NCBI GenBank assembly: GCA_938092015.1
Contig: CALKOT010000013.1
Coordinates: forward strand, 1,109-65,108
Direction: 5' to 3'
Length of the DNA: 64,000 bases
From: an uncultured Rhodobacteraceae bacterium
GTDB taxonomy: Bacteria; Pseudomonadota; Alphaproteobacteria; Rhodobacterales; Rhodobacteraceae
In this document: one piece after another, positions 26,672 through 35,621 of the stretch
How positions within the stretch are numbered: position 1 is the stretch's first letter
Layout: each line of letters opens with the position of its first letter
Made by a program: the position numbers and the translations under genes
Notes under the pieces: generated by a model
What the model was told of the DNA's origin: nothing
Databases searched by the model: none
The model's input: only the letters and a program-made list of their open reading frames with translations

Positions 26672-28150
26672 ATGGTGGATCTTGGCTTGCAGGTGCTACA
26701 GGTGCTGGCCGCGTTTCTTGTTTTTGTTGTTGGACTGGGCCTTTTGGGGGCGGTTGTTGTCGCGCTAGTCGACCGATCTCAGACCGAAGATGCGGTTCGG
26801 CGGAACTATCCCTTGATTGGCCGGTTTCGATATCTTTTTTCAGCGTTAGGTGAGTTCTTTCGACAGTATTTCTTCGCCATGGACCGTGAAGAATTGCCGT
26901 TCAACCGCGCCCAACGTCACTGGATTGAACGCGCTGCAGATGGGCATGGCAACACGATTGCGTTTGGGTCGACAAAGCTGCTGAATGCACCAGGTGCGGC
27001 GATCTTCGCGCCGGTCGCGTTTCCGGCGCTGGAAGAGGAACACCAACCCGAACCTCGTGTCGTCATCGGTCCCGAATGCAAGCACCCTTTTGAACCCAAA
27101 AGTTTTTTCAACATATCCGGGATGAGTTACGGTGCCCTGTCCAAAGTCGCGGTTGAGGCGTTGTCGCGCGGCGCGGCTGAGGCTGGCTGCTGGCTGAACA
27201 TCGGCGAAGGCGGTCTCTCGCCGTATCATTTGATTGGCGGCTGCGATGTCGTTTTTCAGATAGGCACCGCGAAATACGGCGTTCGTGATCAGAATGGTCA
27301 GTTAAGCTTGGACAAGCTTGCCGAGGTTGCAGCAACCGAAAACGTTCGGATGTTTGAAATCAAGTTGGCCCAAGGCGCCAAGCCGGGGAAGGGTGGGATT
27401 CTACCTGCGGAAAAGGTGACGGCTGAGATTGCCGAGATACGCGGCATCAAGGCGGGTGAAGCGTCTGTTTCGCCGAACCGGCATCTGGAAGCCCCCGATA
27501 CAGGGCGCCTCCTCGACCTGATAGAAAGCGTGCGCACGGCGACTGGCAAGCCGGTTGGGATCAAATTTGTTATGGGCAATCCGGAATTTGCCAACAGTCT
27601 TATGGTTGAGATTGCTGCGCGACAGATTGCGCCCGATTTCATCACCATAGATGGCGGCGATGGGGGCACTGGCGCAGCGCCTATGCCACTGATGGACAAT
27701 GTTGGTCTTACTGTGCGTGAAGCTTGTCCATTGCTGGATGATGCACTGCGTCGCCACGGGCTGCGTGACCGCATTCGTATTATTGCGTCGGGCAAGTTGG
27801 TGAACCCAACCGATGTCGCCTATGCGCTGGCTGCTGGGGCTGATTTCGTCGTGTCGGCGCGGGGGTTCATGTTCTCGCTTGGTTGTATTCAGGCGATGAA
27901 GTGCAACAAGAATAAATGCCCGACGGGGATTACGACACATGATCCCCGGTTTCAGCGTGGGTTGGTGCCAGGCGACAAAGCAGACAATGTCGCGAATTTT
28001 CACAAAGGCGTTGTGAAAGAGGTCGATATGATCGCGCATTCCTGCGGTGCGCCGCACGCCCGCGCGTTGACGCGTGAAGCCGTGCGCATTGTCCAGCAAA
28101 CGGGGCGAACCGAAGGGTTGGCGATGCTGTATCCGCCAGTCGCTTGCTAG
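26672..28150 (+). CDS. FMN-binding glutamate synthase family protein (GltB domain-2-like) with an N-terminal TM helix
   Basis: 492 aa. N-terminal hydrophobic helix, then RRNYPLIGRFRYLF...FFAMDREELPFNR and the FMN-domain segment KLAQGAKPGKGGILP ... ITIDGGDGGTGAAP. Confidence 0.9.
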   Translation: MVDLGLQVLQVLAAFLVFVVGLGLLGAVVVALVDRSQTEDAVRRNYPLIGRFRYLFSALGEFFRQYFFAMDREELPFNRAQRHWIERAADGHGNTIAFGSTKLLNAPGAAIFAPVAFPALEEEHQPEPRVVIGPECKHPFEPKSFFNISGMSYGALSKVAVEALSRGAAEAGCWLNIGEGGLSPYHLIGGCDVVFQIGTAKYGVRDQNGQLSLDKLAEVAATENVRMFEIKLAQGAKPGKGGILPAEKVTAEIAEIRGIKAGEASVSPNRHLEAPDTGRLLDLIESVRTATGKPVGIKFVMGNPEFANSLMVEIAARQIAPDFITIDGGDGGTGAAPMPLMDNVGLTVREACPLLDDALRRHGLRDRIRIIASGKLVNPTDVAYALAAGADFVVSARGFMFSLGCIQAMKCNKNKCPTGITTHDPRFQRGLVPGDKADNVANFHKGVVKEVDMIAHSCGAPHARALTREAVRIVQQTGRTEGLAMLYPPVAC

Positions 28151-28224
28151 TCCTCGCCGCGTAACTCTGGACAGCTGCGCGCGCCTCGGCCATCGTCACC
28201 ACAATCACGAACAGGGAGGCGACG

Positions 28225-28986
28225 ATGGCGCTGCAATTTCACCAGTTTTCTTACATGTCGGACAATTATGGCGTGCTTATTCATGAGCCGTCCACCGGCG
28301 AAACAGCCATGGTTGATGCAGGCGATGCAGCCTCTTCCCTGGCGGCGCTGAAAGACACTGGCTGGGCGCTGAGCCATATCCTGATCACGCATCATCATGG
28401 CGACCACACTGCAGGTCTTCCTGAGGTGAAGGCTGCGACAGGTGCGACGGTAATCGGGCCAAGCAACGCTTCAATAAAGAACGTCGATGAGCGTTATGGC
28501 GACGGCGATGAATTCGTGTTTGCAGGGCATGTCTGCCGCTGTATTCACACGCCGGGCCACACGCTGGACATGCTGAATTTCTACTTTCCTGATGACGGCG
28601 TGATCTTTACCGGCGACACGCTGTTCACGCTGGGTTGTGGGCGGGTGTTTGAAGGCGATAAGCCGATGATGTGGGCCTCGCTCAAGAAATTGATCGCTTT
28701 GCCTGCCGAAACGGTCGTCTATTCAGCCCATGAATACACGCTGGCGAATGCCCGGTTCGCGCTTTCTGTCGATCCGGGCAACTCAGCCCTGCAGCGGCGG
28801 ACGCTGGATTTTGAACAGATGCGAGAGCGGGGTGAAGCGACCTCTCCCACCACGATGGCGGAAGAGATGGAAACGAACCCATTCCTGCGCGCCGCTGACC
28901 CGACAATACGGGCGCATCTGGGGTTGGAGGGCGCGTCGGATGAGGCGGTGTTTGCTGAAATTCGCACCCGCAAGGACAACTTTTAA
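28225..28986 (+). CDS. gloB: hydroxyacylglutathione hydrolase (glyoxalase II)
   Basis: 253 aa with the metallo-beta-lactamase motif ITHHHGDHTAG, plus TPGHT, GDTLFTLGCGR and the C-terminal NPFLR typical of GloB. Confidence 0.9.
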   Translation: MALQFHQFSYMSDNYGVLIHEPSTGETAMVDAGDAASSLAALKDTGWALSHILITHHHGDHTAGLPEVKAATGATVIGPSNASIKNVDERYGDGDEFVFAGHVCRCIHTPGHTLDMLNFYFPDDGVIFTGDTLFTLGCGRVFEGDKPMMWASLKKLIALPAETVVYSAHEYTLANARFALSVDPGNSALQRRTLDFEQMRERGEATSPTTMAEEMETNPFLRAADPTIRAHLGLEGASDEAVFAEIRTRKDNF

Positions 28987-29033
28987 AGGCGGGATTTTCT
29001 GTATTTTGGGGATCAAAGAAAGCTGGGGACGAA

Positions 29034-30242
29034 ATGAAAATTACTGCTGTTGAGACGCTTCGGCTGGAAGAGCATCCAAATCTGCTTTGGGTGCGCATTC
29101 ACACCGAAGATGGACTGACCGGGTTGGGCGAGACCTATTTTGGTGCGGGTGCTTGCGAAGCGGATGTCCATGACCGCATCGCGCCGATGATCCTGGGTCA
29201 GGACGCGCGCCGGATCGAGTTTTTGAACCACAAAATGCAACCCTATGTTGGCTTCACCGGCACGGGCGCAGAGGTTCGCGCACTGTCAGCTGTCGATGTG
29301 GCGCTGTGGGATATCGCGGGCAAGGCGGCGGGCATGCCGATCTGCGATCTATTAGGCGGACGCACGCGGCCTGAGATTGCGATTTACAACACCTGCGCTG
29401 GGCCGAACTACGTTTCGAAAACCTCGGCGGTCCGGCCCGATAACTTTGGCGACAAGGCCGAAACGTCGAATGGCGTGATCTATGAGGATATCGAGGCGTT
29501 TCTGAACACGCCCGAAGATTTGGCGGCATCCTTGCTGGAAATGGGCATATCCTCGATGAAGATCTGGCCACTTGATCTAGCGGCGGGGGCCGCGGACGGG
29601 ATGGATATCTCAACCGCTGATCTAAAAAAGGGGATTGAACCGTTTGAGCGCATCCGCGCCGCCCATGGCGACAAGATGCGGCTGAAGGCCGAATTGCACG
29701 GACTTTGGTCGCTGAACGCGGCCAAGAAAATCGCTGCGGCGTTGGAGCCGATTGGCATGGACTGGATCGAAGATCCAATCTTCATGGATCGGACGGCGGA
29801 GGTGGCTGAACTGGCGGCATCTACCTACGCGCCGCTTGCGGGCGGTGAGACACTGGCCAGCCTTGGGCAGTTTGCGGCGCTGATCAACGATGGCAACATC
29901 GCGACGCCGATTATGGACGTGACCTGGGCGGGCGGGATTTCACCTGCGCGCAAAGTTGCCGTGCTGGCGGAAGCAAGGGCGCTGCCGATTGCGTTTCACG
30001 ACTGTTCGGGGCCAGTGACCTTGGCCGCATCAACGCATCTGGCGCTGAGCTTGCGGAACGTGAAAGAGCAGGAGATTGCGCGTGGGTTCTACTATGCTTG
30101 GTATCAGGATTTTGTTGACCACTTGCCGCCGATCAAGAACGGCATGATAACCGTGCCTGATGGGCCGGGTCTGGGCATGGACCTGCAGCCGGGGCTAACG
30201 GACCGCGCAGATGCAATCCATCGGGTTTCACGGGCTGAATAG
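29034..30242 (+). CDS. enolase-superfamily enzyme (mandelate racemase/muconate lactonizing family; acid-sugar dehydratase-like)
   Basis: 402 aa. N-terminal capping domain (MKITAVETLRLEEHPNLLWVRIHTEDGLTGLGET), the SAVDVALWDIAGKAAGMPI motif and a barrel domain containing IEDP. Substrate not inferable. Confidence 0.85.
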   Translation: MKITAVETLRLEEHPNLLWVRIHTEDGLTGLGETYFGAGACEADVHDRIAPMILGQDARRIEFLNHKMQPYVGFTGTGAEVRALSAVDVALWDIAGKAAGMPICDLLGGRTRPEIAIYNTCAGPNYVSKTSAVRPDNFGDKAETSNGVIYEDIEAFLNTPEDLAASLLEMGISSMKIWPLDLAAGAADGMDISTADLKKGIEPFERIRAAHGDKMRLKAELHGLWSLNAAKKIAAALEPIGMDWIEDPIFMDRTAEVAELAASTYAPLAGGETLASLGQFAALINDGNIATPIMDVTWAGGISPARKVAVLAEARALPIAFHDCSGPVTLAASTHLALSLRNVKEQEIARGFYYAWYQDFVDHLPPIKNGMITVPDGPGLGMDLQPGLTDRADAIHRVSRAE

Positions 30243-30246
30243 CGTC

Positions 30247-30975
30247 TTACGCAGCTTTGCCGAAGACCTGTCTGGCGAATTTGGGGTAGGGGCCCGCAAT
30301 CGCATCGGCGATGTCGCTTTGGATCAGTGTAAGGTCTGCATCCGTAGGCTCTGGCGTTTGCGGGACGTGTTCGGGCATGTCGAAGGCAAAGCCGGTATTG
30401 TCCTGCACCTCTTCCAACGTCGTTCCCTTGTGAAGGCTATCAAGGCGGAAGCGGCCCTTGGCTTTGTCGAAACTGAAAGCGCAAAGGTTCGTGACAAGCG
30501 CATGCGGGCCGCCGGGACGGTGGACGCCGGGTTCGCTGACGCCTGGGGATGAGATGAAGTCGACCTTTTCGGGGAACACTCTGCGTGAATGCTCTAACCG
30601 GAACAGGATTACCTTGGGCACCAGGAAGTAAAGATATCCTGACCCGAAAGCGCCGGACCAGCGGACCTTCATTTCGGGGTAATCGCCGACGCCGTGCAGG
30701 TTGATGTTCGCTTGCCCGTCGATCTGGCCGCCGGACAGGAAAAAGGCGTTTATCCGGCCCTGTCCTGCTTGATCGAACAGTTCAACCCCGCCATCGCAAC
30801 GATATTTCGGATGGTCTGAGCCGATGATGGAAACCTTGCCACCCTGCCGCTCCGCAGCCAGCATCGCGGCCGATCCGGGAATGGGCGAGATCACGCCAAC
30901 CGCAATATGCGGGCAGTCATCAAGATAGCTGGCGATGCAAGTTATCAGCCGCTCTTCTAATTTTACTTCAGTCAT
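30247..30975 (-). CDS. CoA-transferase subunit beta (family I, glutaconate/3-oxoacid CoA-transferase-like)
   Basis: 242 aa with the SGGQIDGQANINL region typical of B subunits. It overlaps the A-subunit gene by 4 nt. Confidence 0.8.
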   Translation of the reverse strand: MTEVKLEERLITCIASYLDDCPHIAVGVISPIPGSAAMLAAERQGGKVSIIGSDHPKYRCDGGVELFDQAGQGRINAFFLSGGQIDGQANINLHGVGDYPEMKVRWSGAFGSGYLYFLVPKVILFRLEHSRRVFPEKVDFISSPGVSEPGVHRPGGPHALVTNLCAFSFDKAKGRFRLDSLHKGTTLEEVQDNTGFAFDMPEHVPQTPEPTDADLTLIQSDIADAIAGPYPKFARQVFGKAA

Positions 30976-31790
30976 TCTGCAGCCACCGCTGGCAGGATGT
31001 GATCGTTCAGCCAGGTATCAAAGCCCTCTTCGGTTCGGGCCTGCGCGCCATAGGCGATGACGGCATCTTCGTCGAAGGGGTAATGGCCGGGCGCAGCATC
31101 GGGCCATGCGCCTTGTTTTGCTTCAGCAACGGCGCGAACATAGAGGCCGGAAATCAGGTTCGGTGCGCAAGCCTCATCCAACCGCAAATCTTCGTCCACA
31201 ATTTCCTCAACTGTGATCAGTGTCTGCTTGGCTGCGTGGGCAAGGGATTTCAGCTCATGCCGCCCACCAACCCACACATTGCCAAAGCGATCAGCCTTCG
31301 CTGCATGAATGATTGCAAAATCAGGCCTGATCGCAGGAAGAAGGACAATATCATCCCCCGGCTCAAACGGGTTTTCGATGACTTTGTAGTCAGGCCGATT
31401 GGCCAGTACTTCCGACCCGATCAGCCCGCGCAATGGCGCGAAGGGTTGGCCTTTTTCGCCGGCCTGAAGGGCGGCGTAAACTGCGGGGCATGTGCTGTCT
31501 TTGATGGAAAGGGCGCCGGACTTGACGGCGGCCACGAAGCGCGGCGCAGGCCCGATCTCCCCCAATGAAACGCCGGATGTTTCGACCAGACCAATGCAGC
31601 CGCCACCAATCAGCAGGTCCGCGACATAGGCCTGCGTCGGCGAGGTGATCAAGTGGATGTCTTTGATACCCCGACGGATCATCGCGCCTGCAATGGCAGT
31701 TGGCGAAAGCGGCGGTTTGGCGATGGCGACCTGCGCACCGTCTGGGATCAGCGCGGCGAGATCATCGGCGGAGTTGAGATATTGTGTCAT
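30972..31790 (-). CDS. CoA-transferase subunit alpha (family I)
   Basis: The body matches A subunits (DGAQVAIAKPP..., AIIHAAKADRFGNVWV). I prefer the ATG at 31790 (MTQYLNSADDL...). The track's start at 31850 is possible but adds 20 non-conserved-looking residues. Confidence 0.8.
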   Translation of the reverse strand: MTQYLNSADDLAALIPDGAQVAIAKPPLSPTAIAGAMIRRGIKDIHLITSPTQAYVADLLIGGGCIGLVETSGVSLGEIGPAPRFVAAVKSGALSIKDSTCPAVYAALQAGEKGQPFAPLRGLIGSEVLANRPDYKVIENPFEPGDDIVLLPAIRPDFAIIHAAKADRFGNVWVGGRHELKSLAHAAKQTLITVEEIVDEDLRLDEACAPNLISGLYVRAVAEAKQGAWPDAAPGHYPFDEDAVIAYGAQARTEEGFDTWLNDHILPAVAAE

Positions 31791-32013
31791 GCGCAGAAAA
31801 TGCGCTTCGATCGGAGTGGGGTCAAGAATTAGCATGACGCTTGCCGTCACGGCGACGAGCGTGCCGCGCCTTCACCGCCAACGATGACCCAGATGCCGTC
31901 GGTGAAAGGTTTTGACCCCGGTTGCAGATTACATGACATTCCGGGATCAAAATTCGCATCGTTCACTCAACAATTTATTTAGGCCAGAGTGAACCTGTTT
32001 CAGATCGGGCTGA

Positions 32014-32394
32014 TCAGGCGTGCAAGTCAGCGCGCATCCGGCCCATATGTTCTTCCCATCCTCTATCTAGGGCCAAGGAAAGATCAAACGCCTCTGCCCC
32101 TTGCGGCAGGCCGCTATGTTCCAGCGAAAGACGCGTACCGGCGGCGATCTCTGTCAGGGACCATTTCACAAGGCTTGCGACACCGCCCATCGGCCCGATT
32201 TCAAACGTGTATTCAAGACGTGAAAAGGAGTCTGCGACCTGTACTTCACCCCACATGAACCGCTCTCCACTATCAGCGCCGATCATCTCGTGAGCGCCAT
32301 CGAGCAGCGGCCCATCAGGGCGATGGAACCAGATCGCCAATTTGTCGGGGTCCGTCAGAAACGCCCACACCTTTTCGGGCGTGGCGCGTAGCAA
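32014..32394 (-). CDS. SRPBCC-fold protein (AHSA1/activator-of-Hsp90-ATPase-homologue-like)
   Basis: 126 aa with a TTG start. The LLRATPEKVWAFLTDPDKLAIWF N-terminus is typical of the AHSA1-type SRPBCC proteins usually paired with ArsR regulators. Confidence 0.8.
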   Translation of the reverse strand: MLRATPEKVWAFLTDPDKLAIWFHRPDGPLLDGAHEMIGADSGERFMWGEVQVADSFSRLEYTFEIGPMGGVASLVKWSLTEIAAGTRLSLEHSGLPQGAEAFDLSLALDRGWEEHMGRMRADLHA

Positions 32395-32419
32395 GATGGA
32401 TTTTGGATCTTAGCTTCAG

Positions 32420-32740
32420 TCATTGCATGTCCTTTTCTATAGCGGATTTAAGGGCGGTGAGGCGATCATCCCAGTAGGCGTCGAATGCATTAAGCCAGGT
32501 GATGGCAGGCTGCATCCCTGCGGGGTTAAGACGGTTCACGCGGGTTCTTCCGCGCGTTTCAACCGTTATCAATCCGCCTTCATCGAGGATGGTCAGGTGC
32601 TTTTTGACAGCTGAGCGCGTCATGTCGAACTTGTCAGCAACATCGGCGATTGTCAGATCGTCCTGAGCAAGAATTGACAGAATTTCCCGTCTTGTCGGAT
32701 CTGCCAGGGCGCGGAAGCAAAGTTGTTGAATTTGGCTCAT
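32420..32740 (-). CDS. ArsR/SmtB-family transcriptional regulator
   Basis: 106 aa with ALADPTRREILSIL followed by an HTH region (TIADVADKFDMTRSAVKKHLTIL). ATGA overlap with the upstream cupin gene. Confidence 0.9.
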   Translation of the reverse strand: MSQIQQLCFRALADPTRREILSILAQDDLTIADVADKFDMTRSAVKKHLTILDEGGLITVETRGRTRVNRLNPAGMQPAITWLNAFDAYWDDRLTALKSAIEKDMQ

Positions 32741-33150
32741 TGGCTCACCGGAAGAAAGTCAAAGGCGGCATCCTGATAGAGGTAGGTCACGCACGGTTCT
32801 GCCGAGACACAGGCAGAGATATGGGCAAGACCGCTGGGTATCCTGTAAAAGCCGCCCGCGCCGACCTCTGGCGCTGACTTTGGGTCGTCATCTGCCGCGT
32901 AGTGCACCATTCTTCCCTGCAGGATCACACCGACCATAGCCGTTGTTTTGATGTGAGGTGGGCTTTGCGTGCCGGACGGAAGGTGCACCATCGCGCGGTA
33001 AGCCTCGGCGAAACGATCACCTTCCAGCGCGGCAAATGCGACGCCTTCCGGGGTCGATTTCCAGTCAAGCGCACCGGAATCAATCAATGTGATGTCGTCA
33101 GCAATGGCAGGGCTGAACGATAGGGCGAGGATAAAGCCGAAGTGTTTCAT
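32737..33150 (-). CDS. secreted cupin-fold protein
   Basis: 137 aa with a signal peptide (MKHFGFILALSFSPAIA). A beta-rich body with cupin-like segments (HLPSGTQSPPHIKTTAMVGVILQG...YRIPSGLAH). Confidence 0.65.
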   Translation of the reverse strand: MKHFGFILALSFSPAIADDITLIDSGALDWKSTPEGVAFAALEGDRFAEAYRAMVHLPSGTQSPPHIKTTAMVGVILQGRMVHYAADDDPKSAPEVGAGGFYRIPSGLAHISACVSAEPCVTYLYQDAAFDFLPVSQ

Positions 33151-33166
33151 CTGTTTCTAATTTGAA

Positions 33167-33198
33167 ACCTTTTGGTGTTATTATTAGCACCAAAAGGT
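33167..33198. promoter_or_regulatory. perfect 11-bp inverted repeat ACCTTTTGGTG-N10-CACCAAAAGGT between the aquaporin and cupin-arsR genes
   Basis: Located 17 nt upstream of the cupin ATG and 84 nt downstream of the aquaporin stop. It could be an ArsR-type operator or an intercistronic/terminator hairpin (followed on the minus strand by TTTCAAATT). Confidence 0.35.
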
Positions 33199-33281
33199 GT
33201 TATATCAAGTGCTGATTTTTGCGGCACTTAAAAATTGGATATTTGAAAGGGCTACGGGGGAAGGTGTCTAAGGCCGCGCCT

Positions 33282-33938
33282 TCAGTCGCGCAGCAGCCAC
33301 CGGCAGACTAGCAGGCCCACCATGGCGCCTGCCAATTGTGCCAGTATAAAGCCCGGCATATGCGTGGGGCTGATGCCTGCAAATGTATCGGACAGGCTGC
33401 GGGCGATGGTGACCGCCGGGTTCGCAAAGCTGGTAGAGGCGGTGAACCAGTATGCTGCCGTGATGTACAGGCCGACAGCCAAAGGCACAGCCTCAGCCCG
33501 GGCCTTCAAAGTAGCGAGAATAGTAAAGACCAACCCAAACGTTGCGACCGCTTCTGCAAACCACTGAGCGCCGCCTGTGCGGGACTTTGCGGAAAACTGT
33601 AGTAGGGTTTCTTCGAACATCATGTGCGCAGCCCAGACCCCAGCGATACCGCCGGCTATTTGCACGGCGACAAAAGCGAGCGCGAGGCCCGTCGCGATTT
33701 CCCCACAGAAGCGGAAAACCATCGTCACTGCAGGGTTGAAGTGGGCGCCAGAGATTGGCCCCAGCATTGTGATCAGAACAACAAGGATTGCACCGGTGGG
33801 CAACGTGTTCCCGAGCAGCGCAATAGCGACGTTTCCGCCTGCCAGCCGCTCCGCCATGATGCCAGACCCAACAACCGTAGCCAGAAGAAATGCTGTGCCG
33901 ATGAATTCAGCGGCCAGTTTTTGTGATGAACTGGACAT
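33282..33938 (-). CDS. MIP-family channel (aquaporin/aquaglyceroporin, AqpS-like context)
   Basis: 218 aa with two NPA boxes (HFNPAVT and FANPAVT) and six hydrophobic segments. Confidence 0.9.
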   Translation of the reverse strand: MSSSSQKLAAEFIGTAFLLATVVGSGIMAERLAGGNVAIALLGNTLPTGAILVVLITMLGPISGAHFNPAVTMVFRFCGEIATGLALAFVAVQIAGGIAGVWAAHMMFEETLLQFSAKSRTGGAQWFAEAVATFGLVFTILATLKARAEAVPLAVGLYITAAYWFTASTSFANPAVTIARSLSDTFAGISPTHMPGFILAQLAGAMVGLLVCRWLLRD

Positions 33939-34008
33939 TGTTGATCTCCCCTCATTGACCAGTCAGGCATTGGACCGGGCAGCAAGGGAAATCAAGATTT
34001 TGATCGTC

Positions 34009-34551
34009 TCAACCGACTACAACGCCGATCGCGGCCAGGCATGTCACAGCTGTAAGCGCGAAGGGCCAAAGCGGTAGCGTGTTTCTGCGCTGTTTTCGTG
34101 GAGGCCTTGGCGCGGGTTCTGACGCAGAGATCGGTTCAGACGCCGGGGCCGCCCTTTCTGCAGGAAACAACCCTTTTAATCTGTGAGCGGTGGCATCGGC
34201 CGATCCGCCTTTCCAGTCAGTGATATCGACCGCGGTGGCGACGCCTAGCCCAAATGGCGGCTGCACATAGTCAGCCAGCACTGAGGTGAGCCTGCCAGTG
34301 GCGTGACCGACAGTCGCCGCGTCACAAACATCTGGATTGTTGATGGAGGTTTTGGACCAGATGGCGATAACGTCGTCGGCTTCGGCAAGATGGTTTTTTG
34401 CCGTCGCAAGTGGATGCCCGCTCAGATGTGTTCTTTTATGTCGCCAGACCGTGTGCCCCGACGTTTCGAGAGCCCCGGACAATGCGCGCGCAGCCGTTTC
34501 GTCATCGCGAGAATGCGATATGTATATCTGTTTCATGAGCGCCCCACTCAT
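34009..34551 (-). CDS. tail-anchored TIR-domain protein (catalytic Glu position substituted)
   Basis: 180 aa. TIR_2-like N-terminus (IYISHSRDDETAARALSGALETSGHTVW ... VIAIWSKTSINNPDVCDAATVG), a Pro/Ala-rich linker and a C-terminal TM helix (LWPFALTAVTCLAAIGVVVG). Confidence 0.75.
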   Translation of the reverse strand: MSGALMKQIYISHSRDDETAARALSGALETSGHTVWRHKRTHLSGHPLATAKNHLAEADDVIAIWSKTSINNPDVCDAATVGHATGRLTSVLADYVQPPFGLGVATAVDITDWKGGSADATAHRLKGLFPAERAAPASEPISASEPAPRPPRKQRRNTLPLWPFALTAVTCLAAIGVVVG

Positions 34552-34643
34552 TTGATGAACTACTCTTAACCCGTACGCGATATTTTCGATTCGGCGAGTC
34601 TAATAGTGTTTGGACTGTGCATAAATGCTAGAAATGCCTGCTC

Positions 34644-35525
34644 TCAGTTGAGAGAGTCGAGCCGTTTACGCGCGCTGGTGACGCCAGCGTCCAACGCCTT
34701 CTGACACCAGGGTTTTGCTTCTGGAAGTTTATCGTAGGCCAGCGCCTCACACAGGCTGTCCGGCGCAGAGATGTCGCCGCCGTTTGCGCCAACCGTGTAG
34801 TTGCGCACGGCGCCGTCGAAGTCGCCGCCGGTGTCATAAGCCCGACCCAGCATGTAGTGAAGACGCGGCGTTGGGGCCGCTGCAATTGCAGCTTCACACG
34901 CTTCGATGGCGGCGCCTGCGTGACCGGTCAGCGTGTCCCAATTGACGGCGGGACCGGCGAGCTGCTTGCATTCAGCTGTATTGTCAGCGGCCTGAGCTGG
35001 GGCGAGAGCGCCGTATTGACCTGCCAGGTAAGCCCCGCCTGCAATGGCGATCGCTGCAAGCGCGGCAGCAAAGGGCCAGGCCCGTGTAGCTTTGCGTTGT
35101 GGTTGGCTCATTGGCGATGGTGCGGGCATCTCTACTGCGCCGTTGCGGGCGCCCAATCGGGCAATGAAGTCCTGCAGGGCAGGGTCGTCCGGCGCACCGT
35201 TCCACCCGACAAGATTGTACGTGTGGATCTGGCCAAAGCCGACCGGAGGCCGAACATTATCGATTAGTACCGGTGTTAGCCGTCCGCTGATAAGCGCGCG
35301 GTCGGCCTCATCACAGACATAGTCGGACTTGATTGAGCTTTCGGACCACATGACGACAACTGCCTGAGAGTGGTCGATCTTATCAGCCAGCGCTGCAGTG
35401 AAGCGAATACCGGGAAGAAGATCATTGTCCCACCAAACCGATTTGCCAGCCGCTTCCAGCGCTTTGGCCATGGCCGCCGCCTTCGCCTTGTCCTGGTCGC
35501 TATAAGAAATGAAAATATCACTCAC
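34644..35525 (-). CDS. TIR-domain / single-TM / Sel1(TPR)-like repeat protein
   Basis: 293 aa. TIR_2-like N-terminus (IFISYSDQDKAKAAAMAKALEAAGKSVWWD ... VVVMWSESSIKSDYVCDEADRAL), a TM helix (AWPFAAALAAIAIAGGAYLAGQY) and a C-terminal Cys-containing Sel1-like region (LGRAYDTGGDFDGAVRNY...). Confidence 0.8.
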   Translation of the reverse strand: MSDIFISYSDQDKAKAAAMAKALEAAGKSVWWDNDLLPGIRFTAALADKIDHSQAVVVMWSESSIKSDYVCDEADRALISGRLTPVLIDNVRPPVGFGQIHTYNLVGWNGAPDDPALQDFIARLGARNGAVEMPAPSPMSQPQRKATRAWPFAAALAAIAIAGGAYLAGQYGALAPAQAADNTAECKQLAGPAVNWDTLTGHAGAAIEACEAAIAAAPTPRLHYMLGRAYDTGGDFDGAVRNYTVGANGGDISAPDSLCEALAYDKLPEAKPWCQKALDAGVTSARKRLDSLN

Positions 35526-35621
35526 ACCGCGACCCCGCTCTGAAATCAGGGCTAACTTAGCAAATTTTCCCAGATGTCACGCGATTTTCTGCGTCGGCTA
35601 TTACTTCAAGCTTGTTTCGGA

